Part shown: piece by piece, positions 49,748-58,402 of the stretch | How positions within the stretch are numbered: the stretch's first letter is position 1 | Layout: every line of letters begins with the position of its first letter | NCBI GenBank assembly: GCA_963706025.1 | Contig: CAVPLM010000005.1 | Location: 128,001-192,000, forward strand | DNA: 64,000 nucleotides | Direction: 5' to 3' | Source: an uncultured Actinomycetes bacterium | GTDB lineage: Bacteria; Actinomycetota; Thermoleophilia; RBG-16-64-13 | Made by a program: the position numbers and the translations under genes | The notes under the pieces: generated by a model | What the model saw: only the letters and a program-made list of their open reading frames with translations | The model's database searches: none | What the model was told of the DNA's origin: nothing

Positions 49748-50701
49748 GTGGGCTCCACCGGTACAGCGGACCCTGCCGGCGCCGGCGAAGCGGGAACCGG
49801 CGAACCCGGCGGCGGGCGCAGCGGCGAAGCCGGCGAAGCGGGTAGCGGCCAAGCCGGCGGTAGGCGGAGCGGCGACGGCAGGGCAGCGGTCGATCCCCTG
49901 TTCGCGGGCGTCGACATCGGCTCGACCACCTCGAAGGCCGTGATCATCGACGCGGCGGGGACGGTCGCCGCCTATTCGATCATCGACACCAAACACGACC
50001 GCAACCGGAGTGGAGAGGAAGTCCTGGCCATGGCTCTCGAGGCCGCAGGCAGGAACGAGGCCGACCTGGCCGTGGTAGCCTCTACCGGCTATGGGCGCCG
50101 GTCGTTCCAGCGCACGCAGAAGGTGATGCCGGAGATCATCTGCCACGCCCTCGGCACCGAACACCTGCATCCTGGTGTGAAGACCGTGATCGACGTCGGC
50201 GGCCAGGACAGCAAGATCATCGCAATGGGCGAGCGGGGCACGGTGGAGATGTTCGAGATGAACGATCGCTGCGCCGCCGGGACCGGCCGGTTCTTCGAGG
50301 TCCTCAGCCGGCGCCTGCTGAGCGTGCCTCTGGACGAGTTGGGGCCGCTCGCTCTGACCTCCAAGAACCCCGTCTACCTGAGTAGCGTGTGCACTATCTT
50401 TGCCGAGTCGGAGATCATCTCCTACCTTTCTGAAGGCATGCCCGCCGCGGACATAGCCATGGGCATCCTCGAAGCTATGGCCAAACGGGTAGTCTCCATA
50501 GGCAGGCAGGCCAGGATCCCCTACGAGGAGCCCATCGTGCTCACGGGTGGGGTCGCCCTGAACGTGGCCGCGAAGAAGGCCTTCGAAGATCAGCTCGACA
50601 AGGAGGTCTTCGTCCTTGACAAGCCCCAGATGCCGGCCGCGCTGGGAGTTGCCCTCATCGGCCGGGACGAGTCGGCGATCGACGAGCCTGCGAAGGGTTG
50701 A
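49748..50701 (+). CDS. Acyl-CoA dehydratase activator (HgdC/BadG-type ASKHA [4Fe-4S] ATPase)
   Basis: GVDIGSTTSK, TGYGR, DVGGQDSK, MNDRCAAGTGRF, SVCTIFAESE, TGGVA. Confidence 0.93.
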   Translation: MGSTGTADPAGAGEAGTGEPGGGRSGEAGEAGSGQAGGRRSGDGRAAVDPLFAGVDIGSTTSKAVIIDAAGTVAAYSIIDTKHDRNRSGEEVLAMALEAAGRNEADLAVVASTGYGRRSFQRTQKVMPEIICHALGTEHLHPGVKTVIDVGGQDSKIIAMGERGTVEMFEMNDRCAAGTGRFFEVLSRRLLSVPLDELGPLALTSKNPVYLSSVCTIFAESEIISYLSEGMPAADIAMGILEAMAKRVVSIGRQARIPYEEPIVLTGGVALNVAAKKAFEDQLDKEVFVLDKPQMPAALGVALIGRDESAIDEPAKG

Positions 50702-50756
50702 AACAGGGGAGCATCGTTTTCCCCAACTGGCACGCCACCGGGCTAGGAAAGACTTA

Positions 50757-50919
50757 GAACTCGTCTCAGAATGAAGCTCCGCCGTCAGGGACGCCCTGGG
50801 TGAGCGCGAGAGAAGAACGCAGGGAGCGTGAATAGCAGCGCTATTTGCGCGACCGAGGACGTACAGTCGTGCCGTCCAGGGTGCGCTAGGCGGCCGGGGC
50901 TTCATTTTGAAACGAGTTG
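50757..50919. mobile_element. MITE-like element (163 bp) with ~25-bp imperfect terminal inverted repeats and a TTA target duplication
   Basis: Left GAACTCGTCTCAGAATGAAGCTCCG, right CGGGGCTTCATTTTGAAACGAGTTG; TTA at 50754-50756 and 50920-50922. Confidence 0.72.
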
Positions 50920-51945
50920 TTAGGGGAGCTCAGTATCCGGGTCGAGAAGATCTCCGCCCGGCTCCTCGCAGCCGTACGGGTTGTACAACCTGGGCCGGCG
51001 CTCGTTCACCCATAGCTGGAAGATGTCCGGCCGGTTGTAGTGGCCGGCAAAGTCGTGGCGCAACTTGGTCGCGACCGCCACCTCCATATCGCAGTCGGCG
51101 TAGATGATGCCCTCCTCCGGTCCCATCGGTCCCGCAAGGATGCGCTGGTTGGGTCCGACTATCACCGAACCGCCGCAGCAGTCGGGGTTGCGCAGGAAAG
51201 CCTCCGCCTCGGGGCTCACCTGCAGCCTGGCGATCATGTCCTCATCGACCGTACCGCACGGCGATATCACGAAGGCCTTGCTCATCTGGGCGAAGGCCTG
51301 GGAGTCCACGGACACCCGGATCCTCATCGGATCGCCGCTCGTGGGAAAGTGGTTGGGCCAGCTGCTCACGTGGATGCGGGTCCCCTGGGCGATGAATGCG
51401 AATGCGGCCAAGGGATTGGAATTCTCCCCACAGATGAGGCCGCTCATGGGCCCGAACTCCGTGGGGATGGCTTTCATGGTGTCTCCGTAGCCGCCGGCGT
51501 GCACGAGCCGCTCTCCTACCGTGGGCATGACCTTCACGTGCTTACCCAGATAGGTACCGTCCGGCCCCATGAACAACTGGGAGTTGTACATCGTCCCGGT
51601 GGTGTCGGGGAGCTTCTCGCATACTCCCATGACGACGTAGGCGTTGGCGTCTCTCGCCGCGGCGCACAGGGCATCGAAATCAGGACTCGGGATCTCCAGG
51701 GAGTTCTTGAACAGCTCGACCGCCAACCTGTTGGCGATGGCACCGGTGGCGGGATGATGGTGATACCAGATGGGATGAGTTGGGATGAAGCCCTCAGGGA
51801 AGGCGATGACTCGGGCCCCGCCGGCCGCGGCCTCGCTGATGAGCCGGCAGGCCTTCCGCACCGAACCTTCCCTGTCCAGGAAGACCGAAGCAGCCTGGAC
51901 TGCCGCCACCCTGACTGTGGGATACACGTCGCCACCCATTTCCAT
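50920..51945 (-). CDS. Nitrilase (carbon-nitrogen hydrolase)
   Basis: VAAVQAA; catalytic FPE / KHVKVMPT / ICGEN; DFAGHYNRPDIF. Confidence 0.92.
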   Translation of the reverse strand: MEMGGDVYPTVRVAAVQAASVFLDREGSVRKACRLISEAAAGGARVIAFPEGFIPTHPIWYHHHPATGAIANRLAVELFKNSLEIPSPDFDALCAAARDANAYVVMGVCEKLPDTTGTMYNSQLFMGPDGTYLGKHVKVMPTVGERLVHAGGYGDTMKAIPTEFGPMSGLICGENSNPLAAFAFIAQGTRIHVSSWPNHFPTSGDPMRIRVSVDSQAFAQMSKAFVISPCGTVDEDMIARLQVSPEAEAFLRNPDCCGGSVIVGPNQRILAGPMGPEEGIIYADCDMEVAVATKLRHDFAGHYNRPDIFQLWVNERRPRLYNPYGCEEPGGDLLDPDTELP

Positions 51946-52054
51946 TCCTCCATGCGCTTCCAGACGGACCTACGATCGAGTCTACACGCTTAGAGCGGAA
52001 TGAAGGACGGGTATTCTTCGGCCTGGACATCCACGCTTCGAGAGGGGATAGACC

Positions 52055-52621
52055 ATGGAGCGGACTATCGGCGGAGTCACGATCGAATGCGCGATCGGCG
52101 ACATCACCAGCCAGACCGGGTTCGACGCGGTGGTCAACGCCGCGAACGCCTACCTGCAGCCGGGGGGTGGGGTGGCCGGAGCCATCCATCGGGCGGCGGG
52201 GCCGGCGTTGGCGGCTGAATGCCGGCCGCTCGCGCCGATCAAACCCGGCCAAGCGGTCATCACCGGCGGCTACGGCCTGCCCAATCCGCATGTTATCCAT
52301 TGTCTCGGCCCGGTGTACGGCGTGGACGAACCTTCCGATCGGCTGCTCGCAGACTGTTACCGGAACGCGCTGGCCCTCGCCGAGCAACACGGTCTTTCGT
52401 CGGTAGCCTTCCCGGCCCTCTCGACTGGGATATTCGGCTATCCGCTGGGGGAGGCGGCGGAAGTGGCCCTGGTCACGGTCGTCGAAGTCGCAGGCTCACT
52501 CACGAAGGTCAGGCGCGTCCGTTTCGTGCTGAGGGACGAGTCGGCGCTCCTGGCGCACGAGCGGGTGCTCGGTCGATTGGTCTCGGATTCGGACCCTGAG
52601 CCGTTCCAGGGCTTGCGGTGA
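52055..52621 (+). CDS. Macro domain protein (O-acetyl-ADP-ribose deacetylase-like)
   Basis: GDIT, VVNAAN..GGGVAGAIHRAAG, VIHCLGP, AFPALSTGIFGYP. Confidence 0.93.
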   Translation: MERTIGGVTIECAIGDITSQTGFDAVVNAANAYLQPGGGVAGAIHRAAGPALAAECRPLAPIKPGQAVITGGYGLPNPHVIHCLGPVYGVDEPSDRLLADCYRNALALAEQHGLSSVAFPALSTGIFGYPLGEAAEVALVTVVEVAGSLTKVRRVRFVLRDESALLAHERVLGRLVSDSDPEPFQGLR

Positions 52622-52756
52622 TTCCGGTCCGCCTCCACCGGGTACTATGCACTGAATAGTCGAGTCATCGCCCTCGACAGGAAGGCGCCGACTCACGAAC
52701 AGTGCGCGAAGGAGGTCTGTCATGATCCCGCGCTTTTCCTTGCTGATGGCCGGGGA

Positions 52757-53266
52757 GTGATAGCAGTGGAGGCGATTCTTACCCGCCGCAGTGTGCGCAA
52801 GTACACCGATCGTCCGGTGCCCGACGCGTTGGTCACCGATCTGCTCCGGGCGGCCATGGCGGCGCCGTCCGCGCAGAACCAGCAGCCCTGGCAGTTCGTG
52901 GTGGTCAGAAACCGGGCCCTGCTCGAGAGTCTCGCGTCTGCCCATCAGTACTCCGGCATGACCCGGGACGCACAATTGGCCGTCATCGTCTGCGGTGATC
53001 TGAGCCGGGAGAGGAGCCCGGGGTTCTGGGTGCAGGACTGCGCCGCGGCCACCGAGAACCTGCTCATCGCCGCCAACGCAGCCGGTCTTGGGGCTGTGTG
53101 GACGGGCACCTATCCTCGGGAAGATCGGGTAGCCAAGGTCAGGGCCATCCTGGGTCTGCCCGAGCACATCATCCCTCTTGCTGTCATCCCCATAGGCTAT
53201 CCGGCCGAGCATCCCGCCCCCGCGGATCGCTTCGACCCCGCCCGCATCCACGTCGACCACTGGTAG
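52757..53266 (+). CDS. Nitroreductase family protein
   Basis: TRRSVRKY, AAPSAQNQQPWQFVV, DCAAATENLL, IPIGYP. Confidence 0.93.
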   Translation: MIAVEAILTRRSVRKYTDRPVPDALVTDLLRAAMAAPSAQNQQPWQFVVVRNRALLESLASAHQYSGMTRDAQLAVIVCGDLSRERSPGFWVQDCAAATENLLIAANAAGLGAVWTGTYPREDRVAKVRAILGLPEHIIPLAVIPIGYPAEHPAPADRFDPARIHVDHW

Positions 53267-53276
53267 GAGAGAACGT

Positions 53277-53858
53277 ATGAAGACTTCGCTTGGCGCCAAG
53301 ACCTACGTCTACCCGACCCCCGTCTTGATCGTGGGGACCTATGACGCCGGTGGTCGACCGAACGCGATGGCCGTGGCCTGGGGTGGGATCTGCTGCTCAA
53401 AGCCGCCCTGCGTGAACATATCGGTGCGCAAGGCCACCTATACCTACGGCAACCTGGTGGAGAAGAAGGCCTTCACCGTAAGCGTGCCCTCCCGCGATCA
53501 CGTGGTGGCGGCCGACTACTTCGGGGTGGTCTCCGGCCGGGAGGCGGATAAGTTCGCGGCCACTGGACTCACTCCCGTGCGTTCGGACCTTGTGGATGCG
53601 CCCTACGTGGGAGAGTTCCCCCTGGTGCTGGAGTGCAGGGTCGTGCACGTGGCCGAGTTGGGGCTGCACACCCTGTTTGTCGGAGAGATCCTCGATGTCA
53701 AGGCGGAGGAGTCCTGTCTCGACCAGAGTGGGAAGCTTTCGGCCGACTTGGTGCGGCCGTTCAGTTGGGCTCCTCCCGAGAATGTCTACTATGCGCTCGG
53801 GGAAAGCCTGGGCCGGGGTTTTTCGATCGGTAAGGGCCTGGGTGCAAAGGATCGTTGA
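53277..53858 (+). CDS. Flavin reductase family protein (flavoredoxin-like)
   Basis: YPTPVLIVGTYD..PNAM..AWGGICCS.PP, ADYFG..SGR..DKF, LECRV, HTLFVGEI. Confidence 0.9.
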   Translation: MKTSLGAKTYVYPTPVLIVGTYDAGGRPNAMAVAWGGICCSKPPCVNISVRKATYTYGNLVEKKAFTVSVPSRDHVVAADYFGVVSGREADKFAATGLTPVRSDLVDAPYVGEFPLVLECRVVHVAELGLHTLFVGEILDVKAEESCLDQSGKLSADLVRPFSWAPPENVYYALGESLGRGFSIGKGLGAKDR

Positions 53859-53989
53859 AGTCCGGGGGTCCTAGCGGCGGGGACCCGGTGCGGGTCCTCT
53901 GGGCGCTCATCCTGGCCGGAACCAGGCGAGAGACGGCGGCGTCGCAACGGCAGTGCGGGCCGGTCGAGGTATTGGAGGAGGTTTGACTG

Positions 53990-54816
53990 ATGAAGCGCCA
54001 CGCAAGGGGTCAACCGCTACTTTCTTGCCGTTGCGACCATGCTTGCTGTCATGCTGGTCATTCTGGCCGCTGTCTCTTGCCGGATGCGGCTCGGACGAAC
54101 CGAGTAATGGCGCCGGCGCAGTGCTCACCATCGAGCAGGCCCTTGCCTCCGAGCCCGGTGAGACGATCAAGGTGAGCGGCGCGATCGTCGCCACCGGCAA
54201 TGGCGCCGATCGCGAGATCGTTCTCGCCTCGGCTCTAATGGAGTCGTATCCTCCGCAGGCGGGAGGGGCGATTCTGCCGGTCACGGGCCTCGACTTAGAA
54301 TCCCTGGTGGGACTCAGTTCGACCGAAGGCCAGCCCGATCTGGCCCCGGTCACCTGGTCCGACTACCAGGTGGTCCTGGGGGGCGTCATTAAGGACGGGG
54401 TCCTGGAGGTGCAGAGTACGCCGCAGGTGGTCGAAGCCACCTCCGGGGATGTGCAGGTGCGCTTCAGCCCAGTGACCGAGCCCTTGACGGCCGGCACGAC
54501 CGTGTGGTGGGCCTTCGATGTCCAGAACACCGGCTCCGAGCCGGTGATTCTAACCTTCTCGAGCGGGCAGCGAGCAGATATCGTCTTGAGCCAGGACGGG
54601 GAGGAGAAGTACCGTTGGAGCGCAGGCAAGGCGTTCACGGAGGCCATCGAGACGTTTACCGGCGCACCGGGGCAGATCTTCCCGATCGTTCTGAACGATG
54701 AGTTTGGAGTCACGTCCGGCGACTATGATCTGGTCGCCACGGTGACGGCCACCGTCGGGCCCGAAGGAACCGCGCAGCCGTTACCCGAGCTCACGATGAC
54801 CGTGACGGTCTACTAG
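53990..54816 (+). CDS. Lipoprotein with a C-terminal BsuPI-like domain (frameshifts in the signal peptide)
   Basis: SD GGAGGAGG then ATG 53990; lipobox LAGC; NTGSEPVILTFSSGQRADIVL..RWSAGKAFTEA resembles BsuPI. Confidence 0.65.
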
Positions 54817-54897
54817 ACGCGGGGCCGGCCTCTCCCAGGGGGTGCGTCCGCTCGACGTCTACGGAGCGCAGGCGCCGCGCCGAGCACCAGACTGCGC

Positions 54898-56565
54898 TCA
54901 GGCCTTGTTCTCGACGAGGACCTCGATCAAGCGCGGTTTCTCCGAGCCGACGGCGTCCCGTAACGCATCGCCCAACTCCTCGGGCCGGGTCACTCTCTGC
55001 CCCGCTACTCCCATCGACTCCGCCAGCATCCGGAAATCGATCACCGGCGAGTCGAGCTCCATCCCCTCATGCCTCTCGTCCAGGGGGTAGTCCCCGAGCA
55101 CTACCTTGCGGACGAGCTTGACCTGGCGGTACGCGGCATTGTTGGTTATCACGAAGGTGACGGGGATCTGGTAGCGCGCCGCCGTCCACAGGCCCTGCAT
55201 GGACCAGGCTGCGCCACCGTCCCCCAATACGGCTATCACCTCTTTTTCCGGCAGCCCCAGCTTCACCCCCAACGCTCCCGGCAGGCCCCAACCGATGCTG
55301 CCTCCTTTGCGCGAACGATAGAAGCTCTTCGCGTCGGTCAAGGGGAGGATCCGCCGCAGTGCGGGCGATGACGACCAGCATTCGTCCACGATCACGGTGT
55401 TAGGTCCCATCAGCGTCTTGATCTCCATCATCAGGCGCGAGATCGAGATGGGAATCTGATCCTGTTCGGTCTCCCATCCAGCCTGCCAGGAGGCCTCCGA
55501 GGCGGCCTTCTCCCGGCCGAGGTCGCGTGCCCTCCGCTTCCTACCCTGGCGTGCCTCCGGCGACAGCGATGCGGCCAGGGCCGTGTTCAACTCCAGGAGC
55601 ACCGCCTTGATGTCGCCCTGGATGGCGCAGTCCGTCGGCAGGTTCTTGCCGAGCTCCCAGGGATCGTCATCGATATGGATGATCCTGGTGTTCGATAGGT
55701 GTGGAGCCTTCGGATGGAAGAACCCGTGGGTGAAGAGAGAGCAACCGATCCCGATGAGGACGTCGGTATCCCTCAGGATGTCGAACGCCTCGGGCCCCGT
55801 CGGGTCCAGATCCCCCAGATACTGAGCATGGGTGACGGGGAAGTTGACATCCGACATCCAGTGCTGAAATACGCGGGACCCCGTCAGTTCCGCGAACCTC
55901 ACGACCTCATCGAGGGCGTCGCATCGGGCCACGCCGCTCTCAACCAGCAGCACGGGATGCTCCGCCGCCGAGAGGATCTCGACGGCACAGGCCAGGGCCG
56001 CCGTATCCGGTCGCAACCGGGGGTATACCGTGGTGCTCGGTCCGCTCTGGAAAACGAATTCCTGCTCGAGGACGTTCTGAGGGATGGAGACGAGGACCGG
56101 CCCGGTGGGTGGTTGGAGGGCCATCTTGAAGGCCCGCTGGATGGCGGTGGGGATGTCCTCCGCGTGCACGATCTCGGTGCTCCATTTGGTGTGGGGCCTG
56201 CCTATTCCCACGATGTCGCCCGAGAGGTGGGGATCGTACTGAAGGAGCCGGGTGTCGTTCTGGCCCACGGTGACCACCAGCGGGACCCTACCCAGTTGGG
56301 CGTTGTAGAGCAGGGGAGAAGCTGCGCCCAGGCCGGGAGCCGTGTGGAGGTTCAGGAATCCAGGTTTCCCCGATGCCCGGGCGTATCCTTCGGCCATGCC
56401 GGCGCACACGACCTCCTGGAGGCCCAGGATGTAGCGGATCTCGGGGGCCTCCTCCAAAGCGTCCATGAATTGGATCTCCGTGGCTCCCGGGATGCCAAAG
56501 ACGTACTCCACACCTTCGCCGCGCAGGATCTCGACCAAAGCCCGCTTGCCGGTGGTCTTCGTCAA
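54898..56565 (-). CDS. ThDP-dependent enzyme, benzoylformate decarboxylase-like
   Basis: FGIPGATEIQF, LQEVVCAGMAEGYA, NLHTAPGLG, GDG..NN ThDP motif. Confidence 0.88.
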   Translation of the reverse strand: MTKTTGKRALVEILRGEGVEYVFGIPGATEIQFMDALEEAPEIRYILGLQEVVCAGMAEGYARASGKPGFLNLHTAPGLGAASPLLYNAQLGRVPLVVTVGQNDTRLLQYDPHLSGDIVGIGRPHTKWSTEIVHAEDIPTAIQRAFKMALQPPTGPVLVSIPQNVLEQEFVFQSGPSTTVYPRLRPDTAALACAVEILSAAEHPVLLVESGVARCDALDEVVRFAELTGSRVFQHWMSDVNFPVTHAQYLGDLDPTGPEAFDILRDTDVLIGIGCSLFTHGFFHPKAPHLSNTRIIHIDDDPWELGKNLPTDCAIQGDIKAVLLELNTALAASLSPEARQGRKRRARDLGREKAASEASWQAGWETEQDQIPISISRLMMEIKTLMGPNTVIVDECWSSSPALRRILPLTDAKSFYRSRKGGSIGWGLPGALGVKLGLPEKEVIAVLGDGGAAWSMQGLWTAARYQIPVTFVITNNAAYRQVKLVRKVVLGDYPLDERHEGMELDSPVIDFRMLAESMGVAGQRVTRPEELGDALRDAVGSEKPRLIEVLVENKA

Positions 56566-56756
56566 GATTCAGCCCTCCTGGTCGTGATCTCAAAAGCGCG
56601 CGGGAACAGTCTCTCATCGCAGGCCCTCTGTCAAGCGCTGCAAACGACCGTAAGTGCGGTGGACTCGTAGACTGATACTTCGATAACATCGACACGTCAC
56701 AAGAACGTTTGGGTGAATCGTGATCTCTTCGACACTTCCTGGCATCCAGAGGACAT

Positions 56757-57172
56757 ATGATGACCTCGAAGCTTGACCCCAGTAGCGTCCGGCGCGCCCT
56801 CTGCGATGAGCTGGAGGACCGCGGTTACGCGGTGGCGGGCGATACGGTCGGCCTGAGAGGCGAGCTATACATCCGGGGCGACGGCGACCGCGCTGCCGCT
56901 CTCTTCGAATTCAAGTCGAGCGCCGAGGAGGCAGTCGAGACGATGTACCAGGGCTCGTGGCCGGCCTACATGCCTCCCCGATTCGCGGTCCTGCCGGCTG
57001 TCCCAGGAAGGACCATCTCGAGGTGGATATGCTGCGCCAGGCGGGGATGAGCACGCTCTTCTACGAAGTGACCGCGGCGGGTGTGGTGTTTGTAGATCTG
57101 GATACCGCGCTGGCTATCGTAACCCACCACCTCAACGTCCGAGGACAAGGAGGACCAGATGACGGAGGATGA
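56757..57172 (+). CDS. Hypothetical protein (frameshifted near 57000)
   Basis: Two overlapping ORFs join into ~138 aa; SD GAGGA. Confidence 0.55.
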
Positions 57173-57887
57173 GACGATGGATGACGAGAGGGAAACAGCG
57201 CCTGTTCCCAAGCTGGTCAAGATCAATGCCAAACCCGCGCCCGTAGAGATCGACCTGGCCCGTACGGCGGTCATCGTGGTCGACATGCAGAACGCCTTCG
57301 TCAGCGAGGGCGGGATGTTCGACGAGGCCGGCTACGACATCTCCGGAGCCCCGGCGGCCATCGAAAGGAACTCCGAGCTTCTCCCCGCTCTACGCGAGGC
57401 GGGGGTCAAGGTCGTCTATATCAAGATGAGCTACACGGAGGACTACTCCGACGCCGGCGGCCCGGAATCGCCTAACTGGCACAAAGAGCTGGGCCTGGTG
57501 CTGATGCAGGACCGGCCCGAGAAGTGGGGCAAGTACGTCACCCAAGGAACCTGGGACGAGGAGATCCGGGAGGAGATCGCTCCCTGCCCAGGGGACGTCG
57601 TCGTGCGCAAACAGCGCTACAGCGGTTTTGCCGGCACCAATCTGGACATGGTGCTGAAGACGTTCGGTATCCGCTACTGCCTGTACACCGGCGTGGCCAC
57701 CAATGTCTGTGTGGAAACGACCCTGCGCGACGGCTACCTGCTGGATTACTGGCCCATCCTGGTGGCCGACGCCTGCAACAACTCTGGGCCCGAGCACAAC
57801 CGCCTGGCGACCGAGTGGAACGTGGAACATGCTTTCGGCTGGGTCACGAGTACCCGGGATGTGCTCAAGGCGCTGGGTGAGGGCTAG
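57159..57887 (+). CDS. Isochorismatase family cysteine hydrolase, RutB-like
   Basis: VVDMQNAF..GGMFDEAGYDISG, DAGGPESPNWHK, KQRYSGF, GVATNVCVETTLRD. Confidence 0.88.
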   Translation: MTEDETMDDERETAPVPKLVKINAKPAPVEIDLARTAVIVVDMQNAFVSEGGMFDEAGYDISGAPAAIERNSELLPALREAGVKVVYIKMSYTEDYSDAGGPESPNWHKELGLVLMQDRPEKWGKYVTQGTWDEEIREEIAPCPGDVVVRKQRYSGFAGTNLDMVLKTFGIRYCLYTGVATNVCVETTLRDGYLLDYWPILVADACNNSGPEHNRLATEWNVEHAFGWVTSTRDVLKALGEG

Positions 57888-58022
57888 ATGTAGAAAAGGT
57901 GGCCCGCCGGTCAAGGAACGAAGCTCGCGCACGCCCCACCACGTGTCGACACAGTCGCCCCCGGGTAAAGAGAGTCGAGAACCGTGCTGAGCCGAAGCGG
58001 AAGCCGTGAAAGGAGTAGCAAG

Positions 58023-58307
58023 ATGCCATATGTGCTCATACAGCACCAGGTGAAGGATTACTCGATGTTCGAGGAAGTCTTCTTGGATGACGGCGAGCGG
58101 CGTCGGCGGAGCGGCTGCAAGGGCGGGAGGTTGTTCCGCAATGTCGACGATCCCGGCAACCTGATGGCGCTTTTCGAGTGGGACGACGTGGAGAGAGCCA
58201 AGCAGTTCGCCGAGGGGCTGGAACTGCATGAGGCGGTGGAGTGGGCCACGGCGGGAACCACCTATACGGCCACGGTATTGGAGGACGCTCTAGAGGTAGA
58301 GGCATAG
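58023..58307 (+). CDS. Small ABM-like dimeric alpha+beta barrel protein
   Basis: HQVKDY..F..VF..RRRSG....LFRNVDDP....LFEWD; SD AAGGAG. Confidence 0.7.
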   Translation: MPYVLIQHQVKDYSMFEEVFLDDGERRRRSGCKGGRLFRNVDDPGNLMALFEWDDVERAKQFAEGLELHEAVEWATAGTTYTATVLEDALEVEA

Positions 58308-58402
58308 GACGAGCGCCTGCTATTCTTGTCGAGCACGATCGATTGGGCGTGTCTTCCAAGACCGCTAGTGCGGCCGCCGACGACGGCGAATAGGGGTCAC
58401 TG

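Noticed and set aside
50727-50745. TGGCAC here and at ~15018 as sigma-54 promoters
   Set aside because: No correctly spaced TTGC at -12.
16380-57010. Frameshifts in pgeF, tkt, Prx, the FAD protein, VOC, beta-propeller, APC permease, dehydrogenase, lipoprotein and the 56757 ORF as programmed frameshifting or pseudogenisation
   Set aside because: They are mostly single-base gains or losses, often in short homopolymers, with no shared slippery motif. They hit core genes whose sequence is otherwise intact, so long-read consensus error is the simplest explanation; reads are needed to confirm.
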